Source: Chrysomallon squamiferum (Eukaryota; Animalia; Mollusca). From it: a stretch of 64,000 bases of DNA. The stretch's first letter is position 1, and each line of letters starts with the position of its first letter. Below are positions 14,401 through 26,222 of this stretch, piece by piece. The stretch is taken from NCBI GenBank assembly GCA_012295275.1, contig CM022665.1:15066001-15130000 (forward strand), written 5' to 3'. The position numbers were made by a program, and so were the translations under genes. The notes below the pieces were generated by a model. The model did not search any database, was not told the DNA's origin, and was given only the letters and a program-made list of their open reading frames with translations.

Positions 14401-14561
14401 TTTTCAATTTTGACCCATGTAAAGTTATGTAACATAAAATTCAATTTTGCCTGTTTAGGGGCCAAAATTGTGGGGGGTTTTAAATTCTGAAACAGGTTTA
14501 TGTAGCTGTCCATCTCTCTACTTACCTTCCACTGAGGACTATTCATCTTTTTAACAGACAT
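6131..14561 (-). CDS. CSDE1: Cold shock domain-containing protein E1 (UNR), complete multi-exon CDS
   Basis: Exons approx. 14561-14526, 14107-13994, 13675-13579, 13193-13030, 12767-12610, 12147-11934, 11338-11169, 10749-10578, 9988-9845, 9539-9404, 8943-8822, 8625-8453, 8293-8167, 7691-7583, 7169-6982, 6735-6572, 6281-6131. Repeated CSD motifs ([38 protein letters not shown]) and a C-terminal SUZ-C-like [12 protein letters not shown]. Confidence 0.95.
7561..8075. repeat. 43-bp perfect inverted repeat (arms 7561-7603 and 8033-8075)
   Basis: ATGTAACAGATTAAAAACTGACCATCACAAATGGTTTCAACTA is the exact reverse complement of TAGTTGAAACCATTTGTGATGGTCAGTTTTTAATCTGTTACAT. Confidence 0.95.
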
Positions 14562-14822
14562 TGGACTTGTGTTGTTCTTGGTTTGATATGCAGTGGTATT
14601 GTTGTCCAACCTGTACACCCTAATAGTACCTCAGATGTGCAGTGTGTGCTAGCTCTTTTTGTATTGGGCACCAATGTATTTTGAAATAAGAAGATAGGGA
14701 TGTTGTTCTTTTGTAAAGGTTCCTTTGATAATTTATGCTTTGTTCACCTAAAAAGAGTGCTGGAGAGAAAAAAGATTTTTTTTCATTTTATTTTTTTATT
14801 TTTGTTTAATTATTGTTTATTG

Positions 14823-14859
<37 letters not shown>

Positions 14860-15204
14860 TAAAAGAAATAAAAAACGTAGGTGCAGTTTAGAAAAACATT
14901 CATTGGAGAACACTGGTTTTAAATATAATTGGAAACAGATTATTATTAAATTAAATTTCTGCTAACGGTTCCACAAAAGACAGCTTTATGAAGTAAATTT
15001 GTACAATTAAAATGCTGATGCTGGCAATTTTCCAGTTTTAATGTCAAATAAACACTCAAAAAAAAATTCAAACGCAGAACAGAAAGCCCAAATTAAAGAC
15101 ATACCAATTAAGTGTCAGAAACTTGGAAATGTAAAAAGTTATCAAAATATCCTTCCTCCAAAGAAAAATAGACCCTAACTGATTAGTCAAAACCAAAAAC
15201 CTAC

Positions 15205-15536
15205 CCCAATGCAGCACATCACTGCAACAAAGCCGCCATCTTGGAATACCACTTACTTACAGTCTCAAAAAAACACATTACATTATCATTTATTACAGTT
15301 TTGGCTCAAATATAGGTGACGTTATAACCAACAACAGTGAATTAAAGCGCTATGTTTTATATATCGTAGCAGACGCCTTTCTTAATTATTATGTTTAACA
15401 CTTTGGTTATAGAGTACACGTCAATTTTATGTGACGTAATCATCGTCATCATCAAAAACAACAACAAAAACGGAAACTAAAAAGTAGGAAGTGGCCAGTT
15501 AGGTCACTGATATTTTGTTGTTGTTGTGGAAGAAAG
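15205..15536. promoter_or_regulatory. Bidirectional promoter and non-coding first exons of CSDE1 (-) and CHMP2A (+)
   Basis: Minus-strand donor after 15205 (GGG|gtaggt) and plus-strand donor near 15536 (AAG|gtatta). Between them are a YY1 consensus GCCGCCATCTT (15232-15242), a CRE-like TGACGTAA (~15432), ETS-like CGGAAA/AGGAAGT and local CpG enrichment. Confidence 0.65.
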
Positions 15537-16061
15537 GTATTATTTTAAGAAATATGAACAAGTAGTTTATATGCTGTATTTAAGCATTCCGTTTCATTCT
15601 TAATTTTAGAAGTACAAAACTGTCAGTTTTTATTGGTAATGTTTATCAATTGTAATGACTCAATGAGTCACGACTTTAAAAAAAAAAACCCACATGCGTT
15701 TATTACTCATCTGATTGTGATTATCAGTCTGATACAGTGACAGTATCATAAAAATATCAGCGGAACAGGCATACGCCACATTGTGAGCAAAAATAATTGT
15801 TGTTAATTCTATTTTTTGTTTCTTTTTAAAATAACTCGGTCACCAAAAATTAACCTATCTTTAAGTATGTAATTGTAAATCATAATGGAATATGTGATTA
15901 ATATAGTCGTAACACACACACATTTATCTATCTATTTTAGTTAAATTTCGATTTGGGTTTAATTCAGAAAAATTTAAACTTTCTTTATCTTGTTAATCTT
16001 GATTAAATGAAAATTAATTTATTTCAATCAGATATCTTTGCAGGTTGTTATAATATTAATC

Positions 16062-17389
16062 ATGCCACTGGAATGGCTGTTTGGGAGAAAGAAAACTCCA
16101 GAGGAAATGCTCAGACAAAATCAGAGAGCACTGAACAAAGCAATGAGAGATCTTGACAGAGAAAGGCAGAAAATGGAACAGCAAGAGAAAAAAGTTATTG
16201 CTGACATTAAAAAAATGGCCAAAGCAGGACAAATGGTATATTTCAGATATTCATAATCTGCAATATATCTATATTTTGCCAGTTAATTTTAATTTTAATA
16301 ATATTTTATATCCATTTTAAGATAGGCAGATCATCACAAACTTCATATTTGATATATTTTATTTCATTTTATGGGTTACTGCAAGTTTTTGGTTATAAAT
16401 GTACAATCAGATCATTTCTGTCAAGACCCATGTAAAGAGCTGCATTATAAGACACTCCATGCATTTTCTTGAATGACAACAAAATACATAGCTATTAAAT
16501 TTTTTACTTTAAAAAAAAAAAAATTAATACTGAGTCAAACTGTTGTTTTGCATAAGGATTTCATTAGATATAAATGTTATTTATGCTATATACTAATAAA
16601 AGATAACACAAGTGTGTGAATTTATTATTGCAGGATGCAGTCAGAGTCATGGCAAAAGATTTGGTACGCACACGTCGCTATGTGAAAAAGTTCATTGCAA
16701 TGAGGGCAAATATACAAGCTGTGTCATTAAAAATTCAGACACTGAAAGCCAATAATACCATGGCACAAGCAATGAAAGGTGTAACCAAGGCTATGGCTAC
16801 CATGAATAAGCAGGTGTGGAATAGGTGTTTCTTTCTTCTGTTTAAAAACAAAAATATATGAATAAGTTATTTATGGTTTGAAATAATTTAATAAATGAAC
16901 AATAATCATGATATGGAAAGTTGTGAGTCACTGTACATAGGCATAAGAATTGATAGAGTTTCTTTATATACAAATAAATAATTTATGCAGGTATGTACAT
17001 ACTTCTTGGGACTGTCCAGTTAATTTAAATAGAAAAACAATTTATATACATGTCATGATTATATATTTCAGCTGAAGTTACCTCAGATACAAAAAATAAT
17101 GATGGAATTTGAGAAGCAGGCAGAAATAATGGATATGAAGGAAGAAATGATGAGTGATGCAATTGACGATGCTATGGGTGATGAGGAAGATGAAGAAGAG
17201 AGGTCAGAATTTTGTGAAAGATTTTGTAAATTCTGTTTTCATTACACAGATTGTAGAATCAGTCATTTGAAATAAGCTTACCTCCAGTCAAGACTTAAGT
17301 GGTTCTGTATCAGCTACAATCCGGAATTCTGGATTGTCTGTCTCAGTTAGTGTTTGCACATGTTAAGTTTAGTTAAAATACATGTGTCA

Positions 17390-17427
<38 letters not shown>

Positions 17428-18441
17428 TTAACCTCTGCCTGATCTTAACTGAGTACATCTCAGTAGAGGTTTCTTAAAAAGAAGAACCATTTACATAACA
17501 TTTAATTATATTCACAAATAGTTAAGATTTTTTAAAATTATTATTATATGTGTGTGCATCCACACATATATATAAAAATTTGGGAGGGTCAGCTATATAG
17601 TCTACTATTCATAGTGGATTAACATTTATTAAATCATATTTTGTGCAGTAACTTTCAAATTTTTGTACATTATTTAAAATGTAATTTTTAAAAAAATGTG
17701 TTTAAATGGCTACATGTTTGTTATTTAGGTATTCTCTGATTTTAATACACTATTTTAGAAGTTGCTTTTAAAAAAATAAAACATAAATGCTTAGATATTA
17801 TATCGATTAAAAACATAAAGAAATGAAATGATAAAGATAAATTTTAAAATTTCAGTGATGCTATTGTTGCACAAGTTCTGGATGAATTAGGTCTTCAAAT
17901 GGCTGATGACTTATCAAGTAAGTATACTGTAATACATTAAAACTATTTATACTGAATATAATATAATTATAATTCACACTGCTTACTAGAATTAGTATAA
18001 ATGAAACTGACATTTATTGGTATGGTGCATATAACATCAGTATATCAAAACGAACACAGTTTGAATTTTTTCCTTTTTTATTTCTTAATTGAAAGATAAA
18101 TGGGGAAAGGAAAATTAAACTTATCAATAAGAGTAGTGAAGAAAATTCTTTAAATGAACTTCATCCCATGTCATCATATTAGAACAAAAAAAAAGTTCCC
18201 TTATGATAACACCAAATAACTAATACTGATAGGTGTTACATGTCATTAAAGTAATACTCACTCATCGATTTAATTTAATATAGAAAATACTGTATTACAT
18301 TCAATTATTGCAGATCTACCAGTAACAGGGCAGTCTCTAGCAGTGGGTAACAAAAAAGCAGAACCTCAAGCTGCTGCTGCAGGTGTTAGTGATGCCGACG
18401 CTGATCTGGAAGCAAGATTGGAAAATTTGAGAAGACAGTGA
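16062..18441 (+). CDS. CHMP2A: Charged multivesicular body protein 2A (ESCRT-III, Vps2)
   Basis: Exons 16062-16235, 16634-16813, 17072-17202, 17856-17917, 18314-18441. LFGRKKTPEEMLRQNQRALNKAMRDLDRER at the N-terminus and the MIM1 end DADLEARLENLRRQ*. Confidence 0.96.
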
Positions 18442-21400
18442 AATGTGCTTGATAAACATTTTGTATACAAATCATGTCATTATATATAATATGTAACATA
18501 TGTGAAACTGTACCAGGCTTATATTGGCCTGAAATTTAACATGAATCTACAATCCAAAATAATGGAAAACATTTTTTAAAAATACTACTTTTAGACATGT
18601 GTGAAGTTTGAAATGTAAATATGTGAAAATTTACATTCATTAGCCAGAATTTTTTTTTTATAATGGGGTGTCGTTAAACATTTTTATGTGTTTTAGATCT
18701 ATAGTTACTACCTTCTTTAATTTTAATTTAAAAATTGATAACAGGCAAAATTATCCCCACCTTCAATTAAAATATATTAATGTAATTTTTGCTGATTTAT
18801 ATCACTGAGGTAATAATAGAGTACATAATATAAACAGGAAACTTGATCTAATTTTATAAACTGAAATAAAATTGTTTATCTTATTTAACATTTAAATACA
18901 GTGCCATCAAAAAAATTACTGACCCTGAGAAAATTACTCCAGCCATTTAACAGATAAGACTTGAGTTATGAATTTGTAATCTTCTAACTGTCATGCAGCA
19001 TTCAGTGCCATTGTCTGACTATGATTATTTTAAATTTTGCTGTCTATGTGAAGTTATTTGTATCTTTTTCTTTTCTATCCATTATTAATAGGGATTATAG
19101 GTTCCTCTAATTTTATCTGTATTTGTCTCCTATCTTTAAATACTCATCAATTTCAAATTCATCATTTTTTCTGAGTTTTCATGTTATTTATTTGCTGACT
19201 TTCAGTTTTTGGAGGCATTTGTTTTCATCCCAGTAGTTTTCTTTTCAATAATAATTTCATTATTTTGTGTACTTTTAATACTGAAATGGAGTCAGGACTC
19301 AAAAGTGTTTTGATAAGTTAGGGAATTATTATAAAAATAATTTGAATTATCTTTCTAAAGATTTGATTAATATCACTTATTCCCATTTCTTTAAAAAAGT
19401 AAAATTGATATACAGTTTCATTAAGTAACTGAACAAGGTACATTAAAAAAAAAAAAATCTATTTTGAAAATTATGTTGGCTTTATTTTAGATGGAGTATA
19501 ATATTTGTCAGTTCTTGTGGTCACATTACAGACATAATATTTCTTAGCAGTATAAACCTGAATAATCCATGTACAGAATAATTTAATTCTGTGCATTTAA
19601 AAGTAAGTTGGTCAAACTTGTTAATTAAAGCATGTTAGTCTGACATGTAATAGCAAAACATCTTGATTGATAGGATCTATTTTACACTTTTAATTTCTAC
19701 TGAAATAATCTTGAAATTAATCTAAAAACAACACCTTAGTGATGACTGACAGCAGACCTACAATACATTTTTGTTTGAACTAACACGAAGCTTACAGTTT
19801 CAAAGAACAGTTTACAAATAGTTGACAGTAACTGATCATGATGTTGGTTTAATATAAAATTAATATAAATAACATGTAACGATAAATTTTTATGGTTTTA
19901 ACTGATAACAAAATACCTATCTGTATAATACCCAAGACAGTCTTGTAAATGTTTACCTTGTCAGCAATACCATAGCCATTTGCAGCAATTCTGCAGTCAT
20001 GAAAGGAATCCTTGTACATCTTATTTCACAACTGAAATGTAGCAGAGAGGTTTAATCTGTTGTTTTGAAAATATGGAAATACATTCTAAATAAGGTAATT
20101 GTGTATTTACAAGAAATGTCCTAAACTTACAGAATTAACAAATGTAATATTTTGGATTATTTCAGCAACTTCTAATTTACTATTTCTAATTGTAAATATC
20201 ACAACTGAATAAGGCTGGATAAAAATATTTATGGTTCTGTATCAGAATCAAGAATTATTTTTAAACTGACCACTCTTAGAGATGTAGTTTTGACATGTTA
20301 AAATTTCATCATAGCATGGAATGCTACAAATATATGTGTGTATATATATATATATTTTTTTTTTTCGTTTTATTTTCCCTATCACCTTTAGACTGATTTC
20401 ATTTTTCATATTGTTGAAGTACATTTATATGAGGACGTACCTAGAGAAGCAGGTCTTAATTTATCAAAAATTGTTTTTAAGGATAGTAAACAAAAAGAAA
20501 CCACCATTGTAAATTTTCCAGTGTTTCTGGTAAAATTGTGTATATAAATTATGTATGTTTAAAATAAAGTCATTGGATATCATTATTTGAAATATTGTCA
20601 ATGCCTTTTTTACAATATATGATTTTTGTACGTAAAATATAAAAGCTAGAAATTGTTGGGTTTTTTATGTGCCATTTCTGTTGGTTATACATTGTTTTTT
20701 TATTATGTTGTTCTTTTTTTTTTATTTTTATTTTTATTTTGCCTCTATAGTTATGGTCTGACTCACTGTTTTCTAATATTAAATAATGTGAAGCCAAACA
20801 CCAAAATTTATTATTTCTTTATCTATTAATTTCCTGCAAGAGTTCAGTCATACTTATCATATACCTTACCATACTTGAGATATTTGTATACATAATTTTT
20901 TAGTTTTGGTATATGATTAGAAGTTGCTTTCCTATAAGATTCCTAAAAAATTACCAAATACTGAAATCTTTACAACTAGGTAAAATGTTTAAAAATTATG
21001 CATCTTGAATGTATATTAGCTTTTTTATTTTGTACTTTTATTAAATTTAAATGTTCTCTCTATCTGATTCTGTTTATTTTTATTATCATTAATTTCATAT
21101 TTATATATTTATTGTTATTATTTTAACATTAATTATATCATTTAAATGTGAGTGTGGGTGTCACATCAATATTAGAAGGTACTGACACCCAAAATTTCAT
21201 CTTCAAACTAAAAAGAAATAAAAAATGTTTCTATCTTTAACAAAAGTTACGACTGGTGGGTTTTGTTGTTGTTGTTTTTTGTGAAAAACTGTGATTTTGG
21301 CAGCCCCATATCTTTCAGTTTTATACACAAATTTTTAAAAATGCACAGACTTCACAAGAATAAACTGAAAAGCAGACTAAAAACAAGGTAATGTTAAAGT

Positions 21401-22773
21401 AACTGCTAACAACCGCTGCGGGTGCTCGATGCCATTATTTTTTTCAGAAATAGCGAATTCCAAACCTCAGAATGTTACACAAAGTTACTGTATGTTTGAA
21501 AGCAGAATCAGATCAAGTATTTCTTATAAAGACGTAACTGAAAATCCGAAAATAAGCTGAACCAGGGAAATAGGTAAAAATGAGAACTGAATGTTAGACA
21601 AAAAATCGTAAAAAACAAAAACGGGCCGATTACGCTCAATAGATTATTTAAATGGAACATTTATACGTAACTTCTTTTAAATTCTTCCTTTTGTTTGACA
21701 AATAAACCCGTCATTATTATTTAACAGCCATGTGAAACGAAGCGGTAGTGCCCGATCCATGAAAAATAACCCTGAAGAACGACAATTCTATAGCGCCGTC
21801 TGCAGAAATAAACATTAAAATAACAGAAAAATATCACCTATTCACGAACTCTTACTTACACATGTTCATATATCAAATGAAGCAGGCCAAAAAACATAAT
21901 ATTTAATTAAGTTAAATCTATCTCTATAAAAGTTATTACAAAGGGAACACATTAATGAATACATCATGCATATTTGATAAAGATACCTCTTGAAATAATT
22001 TTTGAGTCATGGTTAGTAAATCTTCTTTCGAAAACTTTGAATTCCTACATTCGAGGTATGTACTTTTGACAACTTTGAAATAGTTTTTTTTAGTTATCTT
22101 AATGTGTGTGTGTGTGTGTGTGTGTGTTGTCGTCTGGGACTGAATGTGTTTCGAAACGTATAAAACATCTTTATTTGACAATAATAAACAATGCGTTAGC
22201 ATTGCTACTTCGTGAGTGCGTAGAGCGCTGTCGAACTTCATATCTAACGAACACTTTTTTTTTAAATTCCACCTGTTTTTTAACGCGTCCTGCATTTTCC
22301 TGATGCTGCCAATAGAATTAAAAAATGTTCTTGATCGATGGTATTTTCGTGGAAACGAGAATTTTCACTAGAAATTAATTATATATATATATCTAGTTTC
22401 TTTTTGTTTGAGGTTTCAAAACAAAAGCAGTATTTTGAAGAAAAAGCAACGCTACAAATGAAACCCTGTTTATTTTTCGACATGGTTTCCAAAAAAAAAA
22501 AAAGCAGCTTCAAAACAAAAACCACTGCATTCGAAAGAAGAAATATTCGTCTTTATTATGGTGCCCATCACACGTTCCTTTAAACAATAGTGTATCTATG
22601 CCGAGATGAGAAAAGACATCACATTTTAGCTGATTCTGGCATTACGGGCGGCAGTACCTATTATTAAAAGCTTCAGCTTCCGTTTTATTTTGTTTTTCTT
22701 TTTGAGTTACCGTTCGTGAACATCTCTCATCCATCCATCCATCCATCCGTGATTTTGTACAACATTCGACATC

Positions 22774-22877
22774 ATGCCAGGCATGCAGTTTGAATATGAT
22801 GAGGAAGGAGGCACTTTCTATTACTTTCTTCTGTCTTTTTGGAGTTTAGTTTTGATTCCCACAACATATTATCTGTA
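22774..22877 (+). pseudogene. SEC63: Truncated SEC63 exon 1 copy (MPGMQFEYD... type, no splice donor)
   Basis: Appears identical to 30000-30101 up to TATTATCTGT, then jumps into a re-duplicated upstream segment (ATGTACTTTTGACAAC..., cf. 22058). Confidence 0.9.
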
Positions 22878-22917
22878 TGTACTTTTGACAACTTTGAAAT
22901 AGTTTTTTTTAGTTATC

Positions 22918-22961
<44 letters not shown>

Positions 22962-23217
22962 GTCGTCTGGGACTGAATGTGTTTCGAAACGTATAATACT
23001 ATAAAACATCTTTATTTGACAATAATAAACAATGCGTTAGCATTGCTACTCCGTGAGGGTGTAGAGCGCCGCTAAAGTGAAGTTAGCGAACATTTCCAGC
23101 GAACCTTTAGAAGCGTTACGTCGAAGAGTTGACGGTTTATTTCTGTTTCCAGGTTTATTCACATCTATCCTCGATAGTACAACATTTAGAGAGCCCATTT
23201 AATGAAAACTTTAAATC

Positions 23218-23764
23218 ATGGCTGGCATGCAGTTTGAGTATGATGAAGAAGGAGGCACTTTGTATTATTTTCTTCTGTCTTTTTGGAGTTTAGTTTTGAT
23301 TTCCACAACAGATCTGTGGCCTAGCAAGAAAACAAGAGGTAATATGACATTCTTTTTAAACGTGTTCAAATAAGTATTTGTATAAATCAAAAAAAATATT
23401 TTTATTCACATTGTGAGAGACCAGCTTAGTTGTTAATTTCAATTATATTTTATGAATAAAAAGTATTAAACATCATAGGAATGAAAATAGGTACATCATA
23501 TTTTAATTATTTAAAACTTCAGACCTGTAAAACGCTGATAAAACCTGTAAAACCTGTGAACTAATAAAATGAAAAACAACAAAATGAATACAGAATGAAC
23601 TAATTCAGATATAATTATTACGTATTCAGACTAGTCTCAATATATTAATTGATTAAATTCAAACAAAAGGAAATTGAATTTTCTACATAAAATATATATT
23701 TTTTTTAAATTGGGAGTAAAGGCTTGGTAATCTGTTTCAGAATGATGCATTTCATATTATTAAC

Positions 23765-23799
<35 letters not shown>

Positions 23800-26029
23800 T
23801 AGAAACAACAAACATCAACATTCAGTGATAACCCAATCAGTGTGTGCCTTTGTCACTGGTGCTGTACAAATGGTCATACCTTGGTATCAGGTATCACTAA
23901 AAACGAATATAATTATAATAATAATATAATAGAAATTTATTTTTTAATAAAAACTACCATCTTTATTCTATTGGCTATTATTAAAAAGTAAAAAAAAAAA
24001 AATAATAATAAAAAATAATGTATTAATGAAGATGATAACTACACAATTTATCCAGGTGTGTAATCATTGCATGGATGACATAATGTCAGTCTGATGGGTT
24101 TTAAAAATAATTCTATATACTAAAGGACACCATGTTTACATTTAATAGATTTATTGTCTTAAGCTTATTTCTCTTCAATTGTACTCTGTTATTAACAACA
24201 AATTATTATGACCACATAAATTGGTAACATGTTTACCATATGTATTTAGCTCTTTGATAATTTTTTATTAATATTTCAGGATATTACAATATTTATATTT
24301 AAAAAAATAATAATAAAAATAACTGTATTATAAAATAAATGAACAAAGGTTGCTGTTTTCTTTTTCATATTATTATTAAAACTAAAGCAGCTTATAATGA
24401 CCATTAAAGTCTTGTCATTTCATAAAACATTTTCAAACCTTTTGTTTTCATTCTGTTTCAAACAGTTTGTTAATTTGTACATGAGGTGCAATTTAATTTA
24501 GTACGTATATTACACAGATGAAGAAGAAAAACAGAGAAAACTGTGTAACTGTGACCCATGTCAGATAAAAAGAAAAATGCTTAAAGCCAGAGAACCATGG
24601 ATGAAAGCAAAAGAAAAATCTATGTAAGTATTAAAAAGCAAAATATTACTGGATTTTACAGTCTACAACTAAAAATTCTAATTATAAATATATGTTAAAA
24701 AATTATATATATAAATGAATTTATTATTATTATTATTATTAAATTTATAAAACTTTATTTTATTATTATTATTTTTTTATATTGTTTATTACTGATAAAA
24801 ATAAACGTTCTAACATCTGTTTATGAATCATTTATTAAGATATAGGTGTTGACACCAAGTATTTGTATTTTATTTATTTTTATTTTTAGAAAAATTGGCC
24901 TTATTTCTGGCTGGATCATATTCTTATTACTTGCCTACAAAGTTTCAAAAATACAAATGGACTATGTGGAATATGATCCATTTTTGAGCTTGAAGTTGAC
25001 AGGGTAAGAACATAATTAAAATATTTGCTTTTTATATTTGAAAATTTGTACACATAAAACATATAAGCATGTAAAACTTGTAAGCAGACCTGGGATACTC
25101 ATCAAAAAAGTAAGTGCAATTTTAAAAAATGACAACTTCTAGTATACAGATCCAGTATTCAGAAAAGTGTTCATGTTAATAGAACAGAACAAAATAAAAA
25201 TATAAGCATTTCAGAACCAATTGCTTCCTGATTAAGACCAATTATTTTCACTTACTCGTTTTATCCTTCTTTTAAATTATATTTGGTAACTGAACTTCAT
25301 AATTAATAAAGTATGTTGTTTTGTTTCTCTTATATTTTTTAAAATAAAATGTTTACTTATTCATTACAGGGAGCTAGCCCTGCAGAAATAAAGCGTGCAT
25401 ACAGAAAACTAAGTTTAATATACCATCCAGACAAAGAAACAGGAGATGCCAAGAAATTTATGAGGATAGCCAAAGCTTACGCTGCGTAATTATTTTTCAT
25501 ACCTCATAAATTATAAAATCTTGCTTCAATGATGTGTTAAAGTGTACATTTGTGACATTTGGAAACACTTTAAATGCATTGTGTTGGGAGTTTTTTCTTT
25601 CCAGTTTTTGCTAATAATAAAATAATTTATCAATAATGGCATGTTATTTCTTTTCTTTCTCATGGTCTTTCTTTTAAATACAAAATCATTTTGGAGTTAC
25701 AGTCACTAGCCTTTACCAACAATAAAGTACAAAAATAAAATAATTGTTGTTTAAAGATGCTTGGAGACTGAGACAGGGTTTATTTGTGGTAGTTGTATGG
25801 GACTTTAAAATGTTGCTGGTTTACACTGAAATCCAGATTATTCAAAGGCTTGTTTTCACAGTCCACTGTATGTATGTGTGTGTGTATGTGTAAATTAAGA
25901 ATGTAAAAAAAAGTAATGATATTCTTTAGTGATATTTTCTTGTTAATATGATTTTTTATTTCATTTGCAGCAACAAGATTTGGAATTGCTCTTCCAAAAT
26001 GGATTGTGGAGAGAGAAAATTCCATGTGG
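23218..26029 (+). pseudogene. SEC63: Partial SEC63 duplicate (exons 1-4 and 6), frameshifted, exon 5 deleted
   Basis: Exons 23218-23338 (MAGMQFEYDEEGGTLYY), 24518-24623, 24890-25003 (114 nt vs 115 nt in the intact copy; TTTTTGAGC vs TTTTTGGAGC), 25370-25485 and 25971-26029. No exon 5 and no downstream exons. Confidence 0.88.
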
Positions 26030-26222
26030 GTATGTACCAATGTGTGACGTTGTCAAAGACTCCAGTATAATTAATTTGCTTTTGGATACAACACTGGTGT
26101 GAGGATACTACTAATGAACACTAAAACAGAAACTGACTGTTATTATAATACAGGACACTTTATAAATTATCATTAACAAAATAGTATATAACAAGATGTT
26201 TGATTTTTTTTTAAACACCAAT

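Larger units (their letters stand above)
18811..26222 (+). repeat. Tandem segmental duplication, copy A (CHMP2A 3' region, SEC63 promoter, SEC63 exons 1-6)
   Basis: Sequence from TAATAATAGAGTACATAATATAAACAGG (18811) recurs at ~26222 and aligns, with indels, through SEC63 intron 6. Duplicated ORF-track peptides (20570-20797 vs 27952-28179; 21936-22295 vs 29169-29463) reflect this. Confidence 0.95.

Noticed and set aside
19739-19838. GTGATGA...CTGA C/D-box-like pair (also at ~27120)
   Set aside because: Not intronic, no recognisable rRNA antisense element, weak terminal stem. The second copy is only due to the segmental duplication.
21936-22295. 119-aa minus-strand ORF upstream of SEC63, partly repeated at 29169-29463
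   Set aside because: Runs through a (CA)n microsatellite and is frameshifted in the second copy. Not a conserved gene.
22229-22771. TGTCGAA...TTCGACA ends of the 550-bp SEC63 upstream segment as possible TIRs
   Set aside because: Only 7 bp, no TSD, and altered in copy B. Could easily be chance.
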